From assembly GCA_900547995.1 (NCBI GenBank), contig URIY01000003.1:1-54492 (forward strand): a stretch of DNA of 54,492 nt. Reading direction: 5' to 3'. This document shows, piece after piece, positions 37,790-47,187 of this stretch. A model generated the notes under the pieces. It searched no databases, was not told where the DNA came from, and was given only the letters and a program-made list of their open reading frames with translations. The position numbers and the translations under genes are program-made. The DNA comes from an uncultured Mycoplasmatota bacterium (GTDB lineage: Bacteria > Bacillota_I > Bacilli_A > RF39 > UBA660). The first letter of the stretch is position 1. Every line of letters begins with the position of its first letter.

Positions 37790-38124
37790 AAAGATATACT
37801 CCTAAACAAGGAGATGTTGTTTTATTAGATTTTAATCCAACTAAGGGTCATGAACAATGTGGTTTTAGACCAGCAGTTGTTATTAGTAATAATGTTTTTA
37901 ATGAAAATACTAAAATGGTTATGGTATGCCCCATTTCATCTAATAATAAGAATTTTCCAACACATTATCATTTTGAAGATACTAAAAAAATATATGGTTC
38001 TGTTTTATGTGAACATATAAGAAGTATAGATTATGAAATAAGAAACTTAACTTTTGTGGAAAAATTAAGTGAAAATGATTTAATCAGCATAATTACTTTA
38101 TTAAATGCTTGTATAGAAGATTGA
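37783..38124 (+). CDS. mazF: MazF/PemK-family type II toxin endoribonuclease
   Basis: YTPKQGDVVLLDFNPTKGHEQCGFRPAVVIS...VCPISS...CEHIRSID is the canonical MazF/PemK pattern. Confidence 0.85.
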   Translation: MVKRYTPKQGDVVLLDFNPTKGHEQCGFRPAVVISNNVFNENTKMVMVCPISSNNKNFPTHYHFEDTKKIYGSVLCEHIRSIDYEIRNLTFVEKLSENDLISIITLLNACIED

Positions 38125-38153
38125 TTTCATAATTATGTGATGAATATATCAAT

Positions 38154-38183
38154 TAAAAAGTGATAGAGGTTATCTATCATTTT
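38154..38183. terminator. Bidirectional terminator hairpin; copy B of the imperfect repeat
   Basis: AAAAAG-TGATAGA-ggtta-TCTATCA-TTTTT. It contains the stop codon of the minus-strand VanY-like gene. Confidence 0.7.
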
Positions 38184-38820
38184 TATATTCTTCTAAAGTT
38201 ATATCTTTTTCATATATTTCTGTAGCAATATCAATTCCAATATACCTATAATGCCATGGCTCATACTTAAAACCAGTAATTTTTTCTTTCCCTTTAGGAT
38301 ATCTTAAAATAAAACCATATTTATGTGCATTTTCTTTCATCCAATTAAATTCTATTGAATCTTCAAAATCATCATAAGAATCATTTGAACCAGCAACATC
38401 GACAGCAAGGCCCGTTTGATGTTCAGAATGTCCAGCCCTAGCAGAACACATATCAGCATATTTTTTTCCTTTTTCTTTTACATAATAATTGTATAAATTA
38501 TCTTGATAATCATAATCCCTATATGTAGATGTAGCCACTATTCTGTATCCTTCTTTTTTAGCATCCTTAGATAATTTTTCAAACATTTCTTTAGCTTCTT
38601 TTCTTAGATATTTATTTTCATATGCATAATTTATATCAATTAGTTCTAAATCGGTTGGTACATAATTTTTATCTAATTTGTTATTTTTATTGACTAATAT
38701 ATCTAAATTTGCAGGATTTTTAACCATTTTTATATTTTTATAGAAATGATTTTTTTTATGAAAAGGGCTTATTAATATAATAGATAAAATAGTACCAATC
38801 CATAGTTTACGTTTTTTCAT
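38170..38820 (-). CDS. VanY/M15B-family D-alanyl-D-alanine carboxypeptidase (paralogue 1)
   Basis: N-terminal signal/anchor. SEHQTGLAVD, YGFILRYPKGKE and EPWHYRY are the zinc ligands and signature of VanY-type peptidases. Confidence 0.85.
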   Translation of the reverse strand: MKKRKLWIGTILSIILISPFHKKNHFYKNIKMVKNPANLDILVNKNNKLDKNYVPTDLELIDINYAYENKYLRKEAKEMFEKLSKDAKKEGYRIVATSTYRDYDYQDNLYNYYVKEKGKKYADMCSARAGHSEHQTGLAVDVAGSNDSYDDFEDSIEFNWMKENAHKYGFILRYPKGKEKITGFKYEPWHYRYIGIDIATEIYEKDITLEEYKNDR

Positions 38821-38863
38821 TTTATCACCATTTAATTATATGAAAAAAATAGAATATTTAATT

Positions 38864-39805
38864 CTATTTTACAAAATAAGTATAATATTCATCAAAAGTA
38901 ATATCTAAATCATGTATTTTTTGAGCAACTTCAGTACCAACATATCTATAATGCCAAGATTCATAATCATATCCTGTAATGGCTTCTTTGCCTTTAGGAT
39001 ATCTTAAAATAAAACCATATTTATATGCATTTTGTTGTAACCATTTAAATTCCTTTGTTTCTTCAAAACTTTTATCCTTTGTTTCATCATATGATGTAAG
39101 ATCAATAGCAAGCCCAGTTTGATGTTCCGAAAAGCCAGGCCTTGCTGCAATCTTATCAGCCTCATCTTTTCCATGAAGGTCATAGAATTCTTGATATGTA
39201 TCATCTTGATCTTCATAGTCACGATAAGCAGAATTAATAATGAGAGTAATGTCATCTTTTTGTGCACTATTAAACATATCAATAAAGGCATCATAAGCAT
39301 CTTCTCTTAATTGTGCATTTCCATAACAATACCAATTTTTAACATCAACAATATTTTGAGGTTTATAATCTTTTGATAAATAATTATATTTATTTACAAG
39401 CATAAGTAAATCATCATCAATATTAGTTTCACTTGTATTTGTATAATGATCATAATCACCATTTACATTAACGATAGCGACAATATCTTTAGTACTAACA
39501 TCTTTATGTTCTTTTTGATAAGATATATATCTATCAATATTATCTGTAATAAGATATTTTTCTTTAAATAAAGCTAATAAAAATTCATTGTAATCAATAC
39601 TCATAATTTTCTTTTTATAGATTTTATCTAGTTTTAATATTTCAATAATTTGTTTTTTATTATATCCAATTTCTTTTAATTTGTATTCATCACTATTTAA
39701 ATATATTATTTTTTTTACCCCAACAATAATTAAAATAAGTAACAAAATAACTATTATTAATTTAATTAGTGGTCCCTTTTTAATTTTTCTTCTTTTTATT
39801 TTCAT
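38864..39805 (-). CDS. VanY/M15B-family D-alanyl-D-alanine carboxypeptidase (paralogue 2) with an extended N-terminal region
   Basis: SEHQTGLAIDL, YGFILRYPKGKE and ESWHYRYVG are present. ATG at 39805 (MKIKRRKIKKG, TM anchor) follows GGTGA; the track start at 39880 is upstream. Confidence 0.85.
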   Translation of the reverse strand: MKIKRRKIKKGPLIKLIIVILLLILIIVGVKKIIYLNSDEYKLKEIGYNKKQIIEILKLDKIYKKKIMSIDYNEFLLALFKEKYLITDNIDRYISYQKEHKDVSTKDIVAIVNVNGDYDHYTNTSETNIDDDLLMLVNKYNYLSKDYKPQNIVDVKNWYCYGNAQLREDAYDAFIDMFNSAQKDDITLIINSAYRDYEDQDDTYQEFYDLHGKDEADKIAARPGFSEHQTGLAIDLTSYDETKDKSFEETKEFKWLQQNAYKYGFILRYPKGKEAITGYDYESWHYRYVGTEVAQKIHDLDITFDEYYTYFVK

Positions 39806-39967
39806 TAGTATCACCATTATAATTATAATGGTTTTTTGATAAAAAGACAATTTGTTTTTATAACTTAAACAATTTAACATAATTTAAAAGGGTTTTAAAA
39901 ATTTATGTCGTAATATAAATTATGAGGTGGAAAAAGTAAAGTTTTATTTAGTTTAGGGGGAATATAA

Positions 39968-42900
39968 ATGAAAGGATTTTATAAAATTTTATTATTAGTA
40001 ATTTCAACTATTGTTTCTATAATAGGAATTGGAAGAATATCAGCAGCAGAACTTACAACATCATTTTCTGGATATTATTGGGATAGAAAAAGTGATGATT
40101 ATCATGGTTCTGGTTCATTTAGATATTATTATTTAGATGGGATTGATTCATATTGTTTAGATCCAAGTACACATGAAGGAGGACCACTAACATTAGGTGA
40201 TTGGAATAGTACAGGTATATCAGATTCTATTAAAGAAAAAGTTTTATTAATTGCTTATTATGGATATAATTATCAAGGTCATCAAACACTTGAATATAGG
40301 GCTGCTACGCAAGCAATGATATGGGAAACTGTAAAGGGCGGTAATACAAAAGTAACTTTTTTCACTCAAAGGTTTGGTGAAGGCAATGAACTTGATATTT
40401 CAAAAGAAAAAGGGGAAATAGAAAGATTAATATCTAATCATAAAGTTAAACCAAGTTTTGATTCTAAAGAATTTAGTGCACTAGTTGGAGAACAATTAGT
40501 ACTAAATGATAGTAATGGCGTACTTAGTAATTATAATATCAGTATTAATGAGGCAACATTTTACAAAAAAGACAATAAATTATATATAACACCTTATGTT
40601 GCAGGTAAATTACAAGTAAAATTAAAGAAAAAAGAAGCTTATATTTCAAGTTATAAAATATTTGTAAGTGATGTATATCAAGATCAAATAATACCGGGTA
40701 TTATAGATAACATTGAGGGTAACTTTATTATAAATTCCGAATATGGTAAGGTTAATATTCAAAAAAAGGATTCTGAAATAGGTATTAAACAAGGAGAAGC
40801 AACATTAGGTGGTGCGAAGTATGGTATATATAGACGTGATAATGATATTCTTATGGGAACTATTACAACAGATGAAAATGGTTATGTTGAAAGTGAAAGT
40901 ATTTTATCATATGGAAATTATTATTTAAAAGAGTTAAAAAGTTCAATGGGTTATAAATTAGATAGTAATAAATATTATTTTGATATAAATAGTAATAGTA
41001 AAAATGTTCATGTTGATGTATTTGAAGAAATCATAAAAGGAAAAATAAAAATAACAAAGCAAGATAGTGAAACAAACACATGTAAACCATTAGGAGAAGG
41101 GATTTTAAGTGGAGCAAAATATCAAATAGTAGATATAAATAATAATGTAGTTGATACTATTACCATAAATGATGATTGCACTAGTACTTCTAAAGAATTA
41201 CCATATGGAAAATATAAAGTAAAAGAAATAGAGGCATCTAAAGGATATAAAATAGATAACAATATATATGATGTTTCTATAGATAGTGATAATTTAGAAA
41301 TTAATGTTACATCTAGAGAAGAAATAATAAAAGGAAGAATAAAAATAACAAAACAGGATAGTGAAACAAACACATGTAAACCATTAGGAGAAGGAATTTT
41401 AAGTGGAGCAAAATATCAAATAGTAGATATAAATAATAATGTAGTTGATACTATTACCATAAATGATGATTGCACTAGTACTTCTAAAGAATTACCATAT
41501 GGAAAATATAAAGTAAAAGAAATAGAGGCATCTAAAGGATATAAAATAGATAACAATATATATGATGTTTCTATAGATAGTGATAATTTAGAAATTAATG
41601 TTACATCTAGAGAGGAAATCATAAAGGGAAAAATAAAAATAATAAAGCAAGATAGTGAAACAAACACATGCAAACCATTAGGAGAAGGAATTTTAAGTGG
41701 AGCAAAATATCAAATAATAGATATAAATAATAATGCAGTTGACACTATTATCATAAATAATGATTGCACTGGTACTTCTAAAGAATTATCATATGGAAAA
41801 TATAAAGTAAAAGAAATAGAAGCATCTAAAGGATATAAAATAGATAACAATATATATGATGTTTTTATAGATAGTGATAATTTAGAAATTAATGTCACAT
41901 CAAAAGAAGATATAATCAAAAATCGTATAAGTATATTAAAACAATATGATTATGTTGAAGGAAATTCTATGTTTGTTAATGCTGAAGCAAATATTATATT
42001 TGAAATATATGATAGTAATAACTTTAAGTATGATACTATTATTACTGATAAAAATGGCTATGCTTTAGTTGATTTACCTTATGGAACATGGAAATTTCAT
42101 CAAAAAAATGTTGTAAATGGATATCAAAAGATACATGATTTTTATGTTAATGTAGATGACAATAGCCCACTTAAGCATTATTATAATATTCTTAATAATA
42201 AAATAGCTGCTTATTTAAAGCTAGTTAAGAAAGATTCAACAACAGGTAATGTAATTAAATTGTCAGGTACAAAATTTAAAATATTAAATATGGATACAAA
42301 TGAGTATGTTTCACAGTACGTTGGTGGTAAGTTATTAGATACATTTGAAACAGATGAAAATGGTATAATGACAACATATTTAAAGTTAGAAGCAGGTAAT
42401 TATAAAGTAAAAGAAATAGAAGCACCAAAAGGTTATTTATTAAATGATGAAGGTGTAATCTTTTCAGTTAATGATAATACAGAATTTGAATATACATCAT
42501 ATGGAACATTTGTTACTGTAGAGTACATGAATGATCCGGTAATGGGGCAACTAGAAATTAAAAAGTATGGTGAGATTTTTAAGATAAAAGATGATAATTA
42601 CTCTTTTGATAAAATACCACTATCATCTGTTAAATTTAATATATATGCAAGTGAGGATATAATATCTCCAGATGGAACAACTATTTATTATAGAAAAGGA
42701 ACGCGAGTAGACAGATTAACAACAAATGAAGATGGGTATGTAATTAGTAAAAAGTTACCACTTGGGAAGTATTATTTAGTTGAAACAAAAACAAATAGTA
42801 ATTATATTCTTAATAAAGAAAAATATTATTTTGAATTAAAAGAAACAGATGCAACTACACCTATTGTTTTAGAATGTTATGAGGCAATAAATTATTTAAG

Positions 42901-43555
42901 AAATGGTAATCTTGAAATAATAAAGAAAGATGCAGATAATAGGAAAGTTGTACCTAATACCAAAATAGAAATTTATACGGAAAATGATGAATTAATTTAT
43001 ACAGGCATGACAAATGAAGATGGAAAAATTATTTTAAATAAGTTACCAATAGGAAAATATTATATTATTGAAACTGTTGCAAGTGATGGTTACAGGATTA
43101 ATAGTGAAAAAGTATATTTTGAAATAAAAAGAAATAATCAAAATGTTAAAGTAACTTTAAAAAATGAAAAGATTAAATCTAAAGTTATAATTCATAAGGT
43201 TGATGAGAGTAATAATTCATTAAATGGTGTTCATATAAATATATATGATGAAAATGATAAAATAATTTATAAAGGTGTTACTGATAAAGATGGAAATATT
43301 GAAGTAGAACTTAGTTATGGAAAATATTATTATAAAGAGATAAGTACGATAGATGGATACATTATTAATGATGAAAAGGTATATTTTAATATTACTAATG
43401 ATAATGAAACATTAGAATTTAATCTTGTTAATATAAAGAAAGAAATAGAGGTACCAAATACAGGCACAAATAAACAAAATCTTTTATTACCAAACCTTTT
43501 AATTATATTGGGAATTTTATTAAATATATATGGCAAAAAGAAAATATTTATGTAG
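39968..43555 (+). CDS. Cell-wall-anchored adhesin: N-terminal thioester domain, about nine SpaA/CnaB-like (prealbumin-fold) domains, and a VPNTG sorting signal
   Basis: Signal peptide present. YCLDP (Cys63, 40154-40156) and ATQAMIWE (Gln115, 40310-40312) match the Cys-Gln thioester domain signature. G(A/T)K(Y/F)xI...GxYxxKE(I)xAPxGY modules recur. The C-terminus is VPNTG, a hydrophobic helix and KKK. Confidence 0.8.
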   Translation: MKGFYKILLLVISTIVSIIGIGRISAAELTTSFSGYYWDRKSDDYHGSGSFRYYYLDGIDSYCLDPSTHEGGPLTLGDWNSTGISDSIKEKVLLIAYYGYNYQGHQTLEYRAATQAMIWETVKGGNTKVTFFTQRFGEGNELDISKEKGEIERLISNHKVKPSFDSKEFSALVGEQLVLNDSNGVLSNYNISINEATFYKKDNKLYITPYVAGKLQVKLKKKEAYISSYKIFVSDVYQDQIIPGIIDNIEGNFIINSEYGKVNIQKKDSEIGIKQGEATLGGAKYGIYRRDNDILMGTITTDENGYVESESILSYGNYYLKELKSSMGYKLDSNKYYFDINSNSKNVHVDVFEEIIKGKIKITKQDSETNTCKPLGEGILSGAKYQIVDINNNVVDTITINDDCTSTSKELPYGKYKVKEIEASKGYKIDNNIYDVSIDSDNLEINVTSREEIIKGRIKITKQDSETNTCKPLGEGILSGAKYQIVDINNNVVDTITINDDCTSTSKELPYGKYKVKEIEASKGYKIDNNIYDVSIDSDNLEINVTSREEIIKGKIKIIKQDSETNTCKPLGEGILSGAKYQIIDINNNAVDTIIINNDCTGTSKELSYGKYKVKEIEASKGYKIDNNIYDVFIDSDNLEINVTSKEDIIKNRISILKQYDYVEGNSMFVNAEANIIFEIYDSNNFKYDTIITDKNGYALVDLPYGTWKFHQKNVVNGYQKIHDFYVNVDDNSPLKHYYNILNNKIAAYLKLVKKDSTTGNVIKLSGTKFKILNMDTNEYVSQYVGGKLLDTFETDENGIMTTYLKLEAGNYKVKEIEAPKGYLLNDEGVIFSVNDNTEFEYTSYGTFVTVEYMNDPVMGQLEIKKYGEIFKIKDDNYSFDKIPLSSVKFNIYASEDIISPDGTTIYYRKGTRVDRLTTNEDGYVISKKLPLGKYYLVETKTNSNYILNKEKYYFELKETDATTPIVLECYEAINYLRNGNLEIIKKDADNRKVVPNTKIEIYTENDELIYTGMTNEDGKIILNKLPIGKYYIIETVASDGYRINSEKVYFEIKRNNQNVKVTLKNEKIKSKVIIHKVDESNNSLNGVHINIYDENDKIIYKGVTDKDGNIEVELSYGKYYYKEISTIDGYIINDEKVYFNITNDNETLEFNLVNIKKEIEVPNTGTNKQNLLLPNLLIILGILLNIYGKKKIFM
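41024..41905 (+). repeat. Three tandem 294-nt (98-aa) repeats inside the adhesin gene
   Basis: Units are 41024-41317, 41318-41611 and 41612-41905. Units 1 and 2 differ by 1 aa (a handful of nt). Unit 3 differs at 9 aa. Confidence 0.95.
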
Positions 43556-44162
43556 TTTTATTTTAATAATTATAGGTTTGTTATTAATTGGTTATGGGTT
43601 TATGAAGCATTGTCATTTTTATAAAGATAAAAATAATTATATAAATGAAAGCAAAAAAGAAATTATAAAATATTATGATGATACAAGTATAAAAGATGAT
43701 ATAACTGATAATACTGATAAATTTATAGAGATAAATGATACAAATGATAATGTTAACAATGTGTTTGCTGTTATAAGTATTCCTAAAATTAATTTAGAAA
43801 AAAGTCTTTATAATATTGATAGTACTGAAAATAATGTCAAATATAATGTAGAAATATTAAAAGGTTCAACAATGCCTAATGAATTTTATAGTCATCTTTT
43901 TCTTGCATCCCATTCAGGGTCTAATTATAATGCTTATTTTAATAATTTATCTAAATTAGAGTTAAATGATGAAATATATCTTCTATTTAATGGGGTTAAA
44001 TATACTTATGAAGTAAATAGTATATTTGAGGTAGAAAAGGATGGAAAGCTAGAAATAAATGATACAAATAATGTAAAAATGCTTACATTAATAACTTGTC
44101 ATATTGGTACTAATAAACAAATTGTAGTAAACAGTTATTTAATTAATGAAGAAATATATTAA
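43530..44162 (+). CDS. Sortase-family transpeptidase
   Basis: N-terminal TM anchor. LASHSG (His) and TLITCH (TLxTC Cys motif). Overlaps the adhesin 3' end by 26 nt. Confidence 0.75.
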   Translation: MAKRKYLCSFILIIIGLLLIGYGFMKHCHFYKDKNNYINESKKEIIKYYDDTSIKDDITDNTDKFIEINDTNDNVNNVFAVISIPKINLEKSLYNIDSTENNVKYNVEILKGSTMPNEFYSHLFLASHSGSNYNAYFNNLSKLELNDEIYLLFNGVKYTYEVNSIFEVEKDGKLEINDTNNVKMLTLITCHIGTNKQIVVNSYLINEEIY

Positions 44163-44214
44163 TAAATATACATAAATAGACAAATATTTCATAAATTCTA
44201 ATAGAGGTGAAATA

Positions 44215-45366
44215 ATGAAAAAATTTCTATTAGTATTAATTGCTGTTGTGCTGTTATTGCCTATGAAATTTATTAATGCTGAAGAATTAAATTTGGCTAC
44301 AAATGCCAAGAGTGCTATTTTAATAGAGGCAAGTACTGGTGAGATAATATTTGAAAAAAATTCACATGAGAGATTAGTACCAGCCTCTATGACTAAAATG
44401 ATGTCGATGTTGCTTATAATTGAAAGTATAGAAAAGGGTATCATTAGTTGGGATGAAATGGTAACGGTGTCAGAAAATGCTTCTAGTATGGGTGGAAGTC
44501 AAATATTACTTGAAACAAATGAAAAAATGAGTGTCAGTGATTTATTTAAAGGTATTGCTGTTGCTAGTGGAAATGATGCTGTAGTTGCAATGGCTGAAAA
44601 AATTGCTGGTACTGAAGATGCTTTCGTTAATATGATGAATAACAGGGCTAAAGAATTAGGTTTAAAAGATACTAATTTTAAAAATCCTCATGGTCTTGAT
44701 ACAGCTAATCATTATTCTAGTGCTTATGATATGGCAATGATTGCCAAAGAACTTGTAAAACATGAAGAAGTTTTTAAATACACATCTATATATGAAGATT
44801 ATTTAAGACAAAATACGGATAAAGAAATTTGGCTTGTTAATACCAATAAACTTGTTCGATTTTATGATGGCGTTGATGGACTTAAAACTGGTTATACAGC
44901 AGGAGCAGGTTATTGCTTAACTGCAACAGCTAAGAAAAATGGTATGCGTATTATTGCTGTTGCGATGGGAGAGCCTGATAGTAAAACGAGAAATGCTGAA
45001 ATTACATCTATGCTTGATTATGCTTTTGCCCAGTATGAAATAGAAACAGTATTATCAACTGACAGTGTTCTTGGAAAAAGAAAAGTTGAAAAGGGAAAAG
45101 ATGAATATGTTACAATTGTACCTACTAAGAATATAAATTTACTTTATAAAAAAACAGATGATCGAAAAAATGTTACATATGATGTAAAAATAGATTCTTT
45201 AAAAGCTCCTATAAAAAAGGGCGATATTGTAGGCAAAGTTGAAATAAAAGATGGTAATAATATCTTAAATACAATTGATGTTACTGTAAATAATGATGTA
45301 AAAAAAGCCAATGTTTTTGAATTATATTTACGTAATTTAAAAAATATTTTTAATGGAAATATATAA
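44215..45366 (+). CDS. dacA: D-alanyl-D-alanine carboxypeptidase (PBP5/DacA-type, peptidase S11)
   Basis: Signal peptide present. SxxK (PASMTK), SxN (SGND) and KTG (LKTGYT) motifs. C-terminal PBP5 beta domain. Confidence 0.88.
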   Translation: MKKFLLVLIAVVLLLPMKFINAEELNLATNAKSAILIEASTGEIIFEKNSHERLVPASMTKMMSMLLIIESIEKGIISWDEMVTVSENASSMGGSQILLETNEKMSVSDLFKGIAVASGNDAVVAMAEKIAGTEDAFVNMMNNRAKELGLKDTNFKNPHGLDTANHYSSAYDMAMIAKELVKHEEVFKYTSIYEDYLRQNTDKEIWLVNTNKLVRFYDGVDGLKTGYTAGAGYCLTATAKKNGMRIIAVAMGEPDSKTRNAEITSMLDYAFAQYEIETVLSTDSVLGKRKVEKGKDEYVTIVPTKNINLLYKKTDDRKNVTYDVKIDSLKAPIKKGDIVGKVEIKDGNNILNTIDVTVNNDVKKANVFELYLRNLKNIFNGNI

Positions 45367-45370
45367 AGAT

Positions 45371-45420
45371 AATTATAACTATTGGAAATTTCATATTTCT
45401 TGAATAGTTATAATTTTTTT
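45371..45420 (+). terminator. Rho-independent terminator
   Basis: 13-bp stem AATTATAACTATT / AATAGTTATAATT (45371-45383 and 45403-45415) followed by TTTTTTT. Confidence 0.75.
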
Positions 45421-45446
45421 GTTATAATTTGTCTTAGATAAGAAGA

Positions 45447-47177
45447 GTGGTATATGTGAAAAATATTATTAATTTTATTAAGAAGAATAAATATATTTTT
45501 TTATTAATACTTTTGTACTCTTTTTTCTTTATTCAAATGCAACTAATACAGTTTTATGGGGATGACTATCAAGTTTTATATCCTCTACATGGTAGTAGAA
45601 ATTTTATGGATATACTTAATTATTGTCTTGATAAAATGAATTTTTTTTGGTATGAATGGTCTGGAAGAATAGTAGGACATTTTACAGTATCCTTTGGTTT
45701 ATCAATGTTTGGAATACAGTTTTTTCGTATTATTAATCCTTTAATGGTCTTTTTAATGTCTTTTCTATGTTTAAAAATATTAAAGTTAAAACATAACTTT
45801 TCTTTTCCAAAATATTTGTTTTATTTATCTCTCCTTATTATCTCTTGTAATATATATATTTCTAGGGAATCATTATACTGGGCATATGCGGGTATTCTTT
45901 ATATATGGGGTTTTAATTTAACATTATTTGTTGTTTATTTTGTTTACAAGTATTATTTGAAAGATGAAAAAATACCTTTAATTTTAAAAATAATATTATC
46001 AATTTTTTGTCTTTTACAATCATTTATTCTTGAAACAATTAGTTTTATTAATATTTCTTTTCTATTATTAATAATTATTTTTAGTGTAAAAAAGAAAAAG
46101 AATTGCCAATTTATTATTTTTCTATTATTAATATCAATTCTTAGTTTTCTAATTTCAGCCCTTGCTCCTGGTAATATACCAAGAACTATTCCATTAAAAG
46201 AAGAGTTACAAGGTTTTAGTTTATTACAAATTATACTTGGAAAAACACATGGCTTTTTTACCATGATTTTTCATCCTAGTATTTATGGTTTTTATATGAG
46301 CATATTTTTAATACTTATTTGTAAAAAATATTTAAAAATAACAGATAAAAAGTTTTATTCTAAAATCCCTATCTTTTTTGTAATAGCATATTTTATATTG
46401 GTATTTATTTATAAAGCATTAGGTATAAATATCTTATTATTCTTTAATACAAGAAATATTGATGTTTTACAGTTTGCTAGTTATAATCCATTTTATTTAA
46501 TATTAATAGATTTATATTATATATTTTTAATTGGTAATGTGTTTTATATGATATTTAAAACAGCGTTTAAGAAAAATAAGTTTTTATTCTTTTCTATCGT
46601 TATAACATTTATAAGTTCTATTATACCTATAATATGTATTAGATATATTGGTACAAGATATTATTTACCCTTTTTTCTTAATATTCTTATATTTAGTTTA
46701 ATGATGTATTTTAATTTGGAAAGAAAAGAATTTAACTTTGCAGATATTATTTGCTTAATTGTTGTATCTTTTTCTAGTTATATTATGATTACAATATTAT
46801 TTGCCTTTATTTTAACAACTATTCTTTTTAAACATAAAAATAATTATTATAATTTAAGTTCTAAATTTATTACTATGTGTATATTAATATCTCTAGTTAT
46901 TAATATGGGGCTTACATTTAATGGTTATATGTATAATAGCCAAATATATAAAGAAAATGATGAAAAATTATCTACAGAATTAAGTGATAGTAATAGCGTT
47001 ATTATACTTAAAGAGGTACCATATAAATATGGATTGTATTCATGGCATTCAAATGTCCTTGATTTTAATAATTATCATATATATTACGGCTTTTACTTAA
47101 ATGAATTTTATAGTAATTACTATGGTATTAGTATGGAACAGGTACGTATATTAGGCATAAATGGTAATTATTACTAA
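45447..47177 (+). CDS. Large polytopic membrane protein (576 aa), possibly a GT-C-like/DUF6056-like glycosyl- or polymer-transferase
   Basis: More than 10 predicted TM helices. The first loop contains FYGDDYQ...WSGRIVGH. The family assignment is tentative and the start codon is uncertain (GTG 45447 or 45456). Confidence 0.55.
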   Translation: MVYVKNIINFIKKNKYIFLLILLYSFFFIQMQLIQFYGDDYQVLYPLHGSRNFMDILNYCLDKMNFFWYEWSGRIVGHFTVSFGLSMFGIQFFRIINPLMVFLMSFLCLKILKLKHNFSFPKYLFYLSLLIISCNIYISRESLYWAYAGILYIWGFNLTLFVVYFVYKYYLKDEKIPLILKIILSIFCLLQSFILETISFINISFLLLIIIFSVKKKKNCQFIIFLLLISILSFLISALAPGNIPRTIPLKEELQGFSLLQIILGKTHGFFTMIFHPSIYGFYMSIFLILICKKYLKITDKKFYSKIPIFFVIAYFILVFIYKALGINILLFFNTRNIDVLQFASYNPFYLILIDLYYIFLIGNVFYMIFKTAFKKNKFLFFSIVITFISSIIPIICIRYIGTRYYLPFFLNILIFSLMMYFNLERKEFNFADIICLIVVSFSSYIMITILFAFILTTILFKHKNNYYNLSSKFITMCILISLVINMGLTFNGYMYNSQIYKENDEKLSTELSDSNSVIILKEVPYKYGLYSWHSNVLDFNNYHIYYGFYLNEFYSNYYGISMEQVRILGINGNYY

Positions 47178-47187
47178 GGAGGTATAA

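Noticed and set aside
37115-37809. Minus-strand ORFs 37115-37372, 37308-37556 and 37561-37809, which span the CotD-like gene, its terminator and mazE.
   Set aside because: They overlap better-supported + strand genes and cross a terminator and promoter. There are no RBSs and the composition is implausible.
39942-39959. A five-codon mini-ORF (ATG AGG TGG AAA AAG TAA) upstream of the adhesin gene, as a possible leader peptide.
   Set aside because: No associated attenuator structure or RBS was found. Such short ORFs are expected by chance in AT-rich DNA.
41024-41905. Whether the regular repeats in the window (294-nt, 75-nt and 20-nt units) could be a CRISPR array.
   Set aside because: The repeats are directly abutting with no unique spacers. 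The two long sets are in-frame coding sequence. No cas genes are present.
41122-41919. Three similar minus-strand ORFs (41122-41373, 41416-41673, 41710-41919).
   Set aside because: They are antisense shadows of the three 294-nt adhesin repeats and not independent genes.
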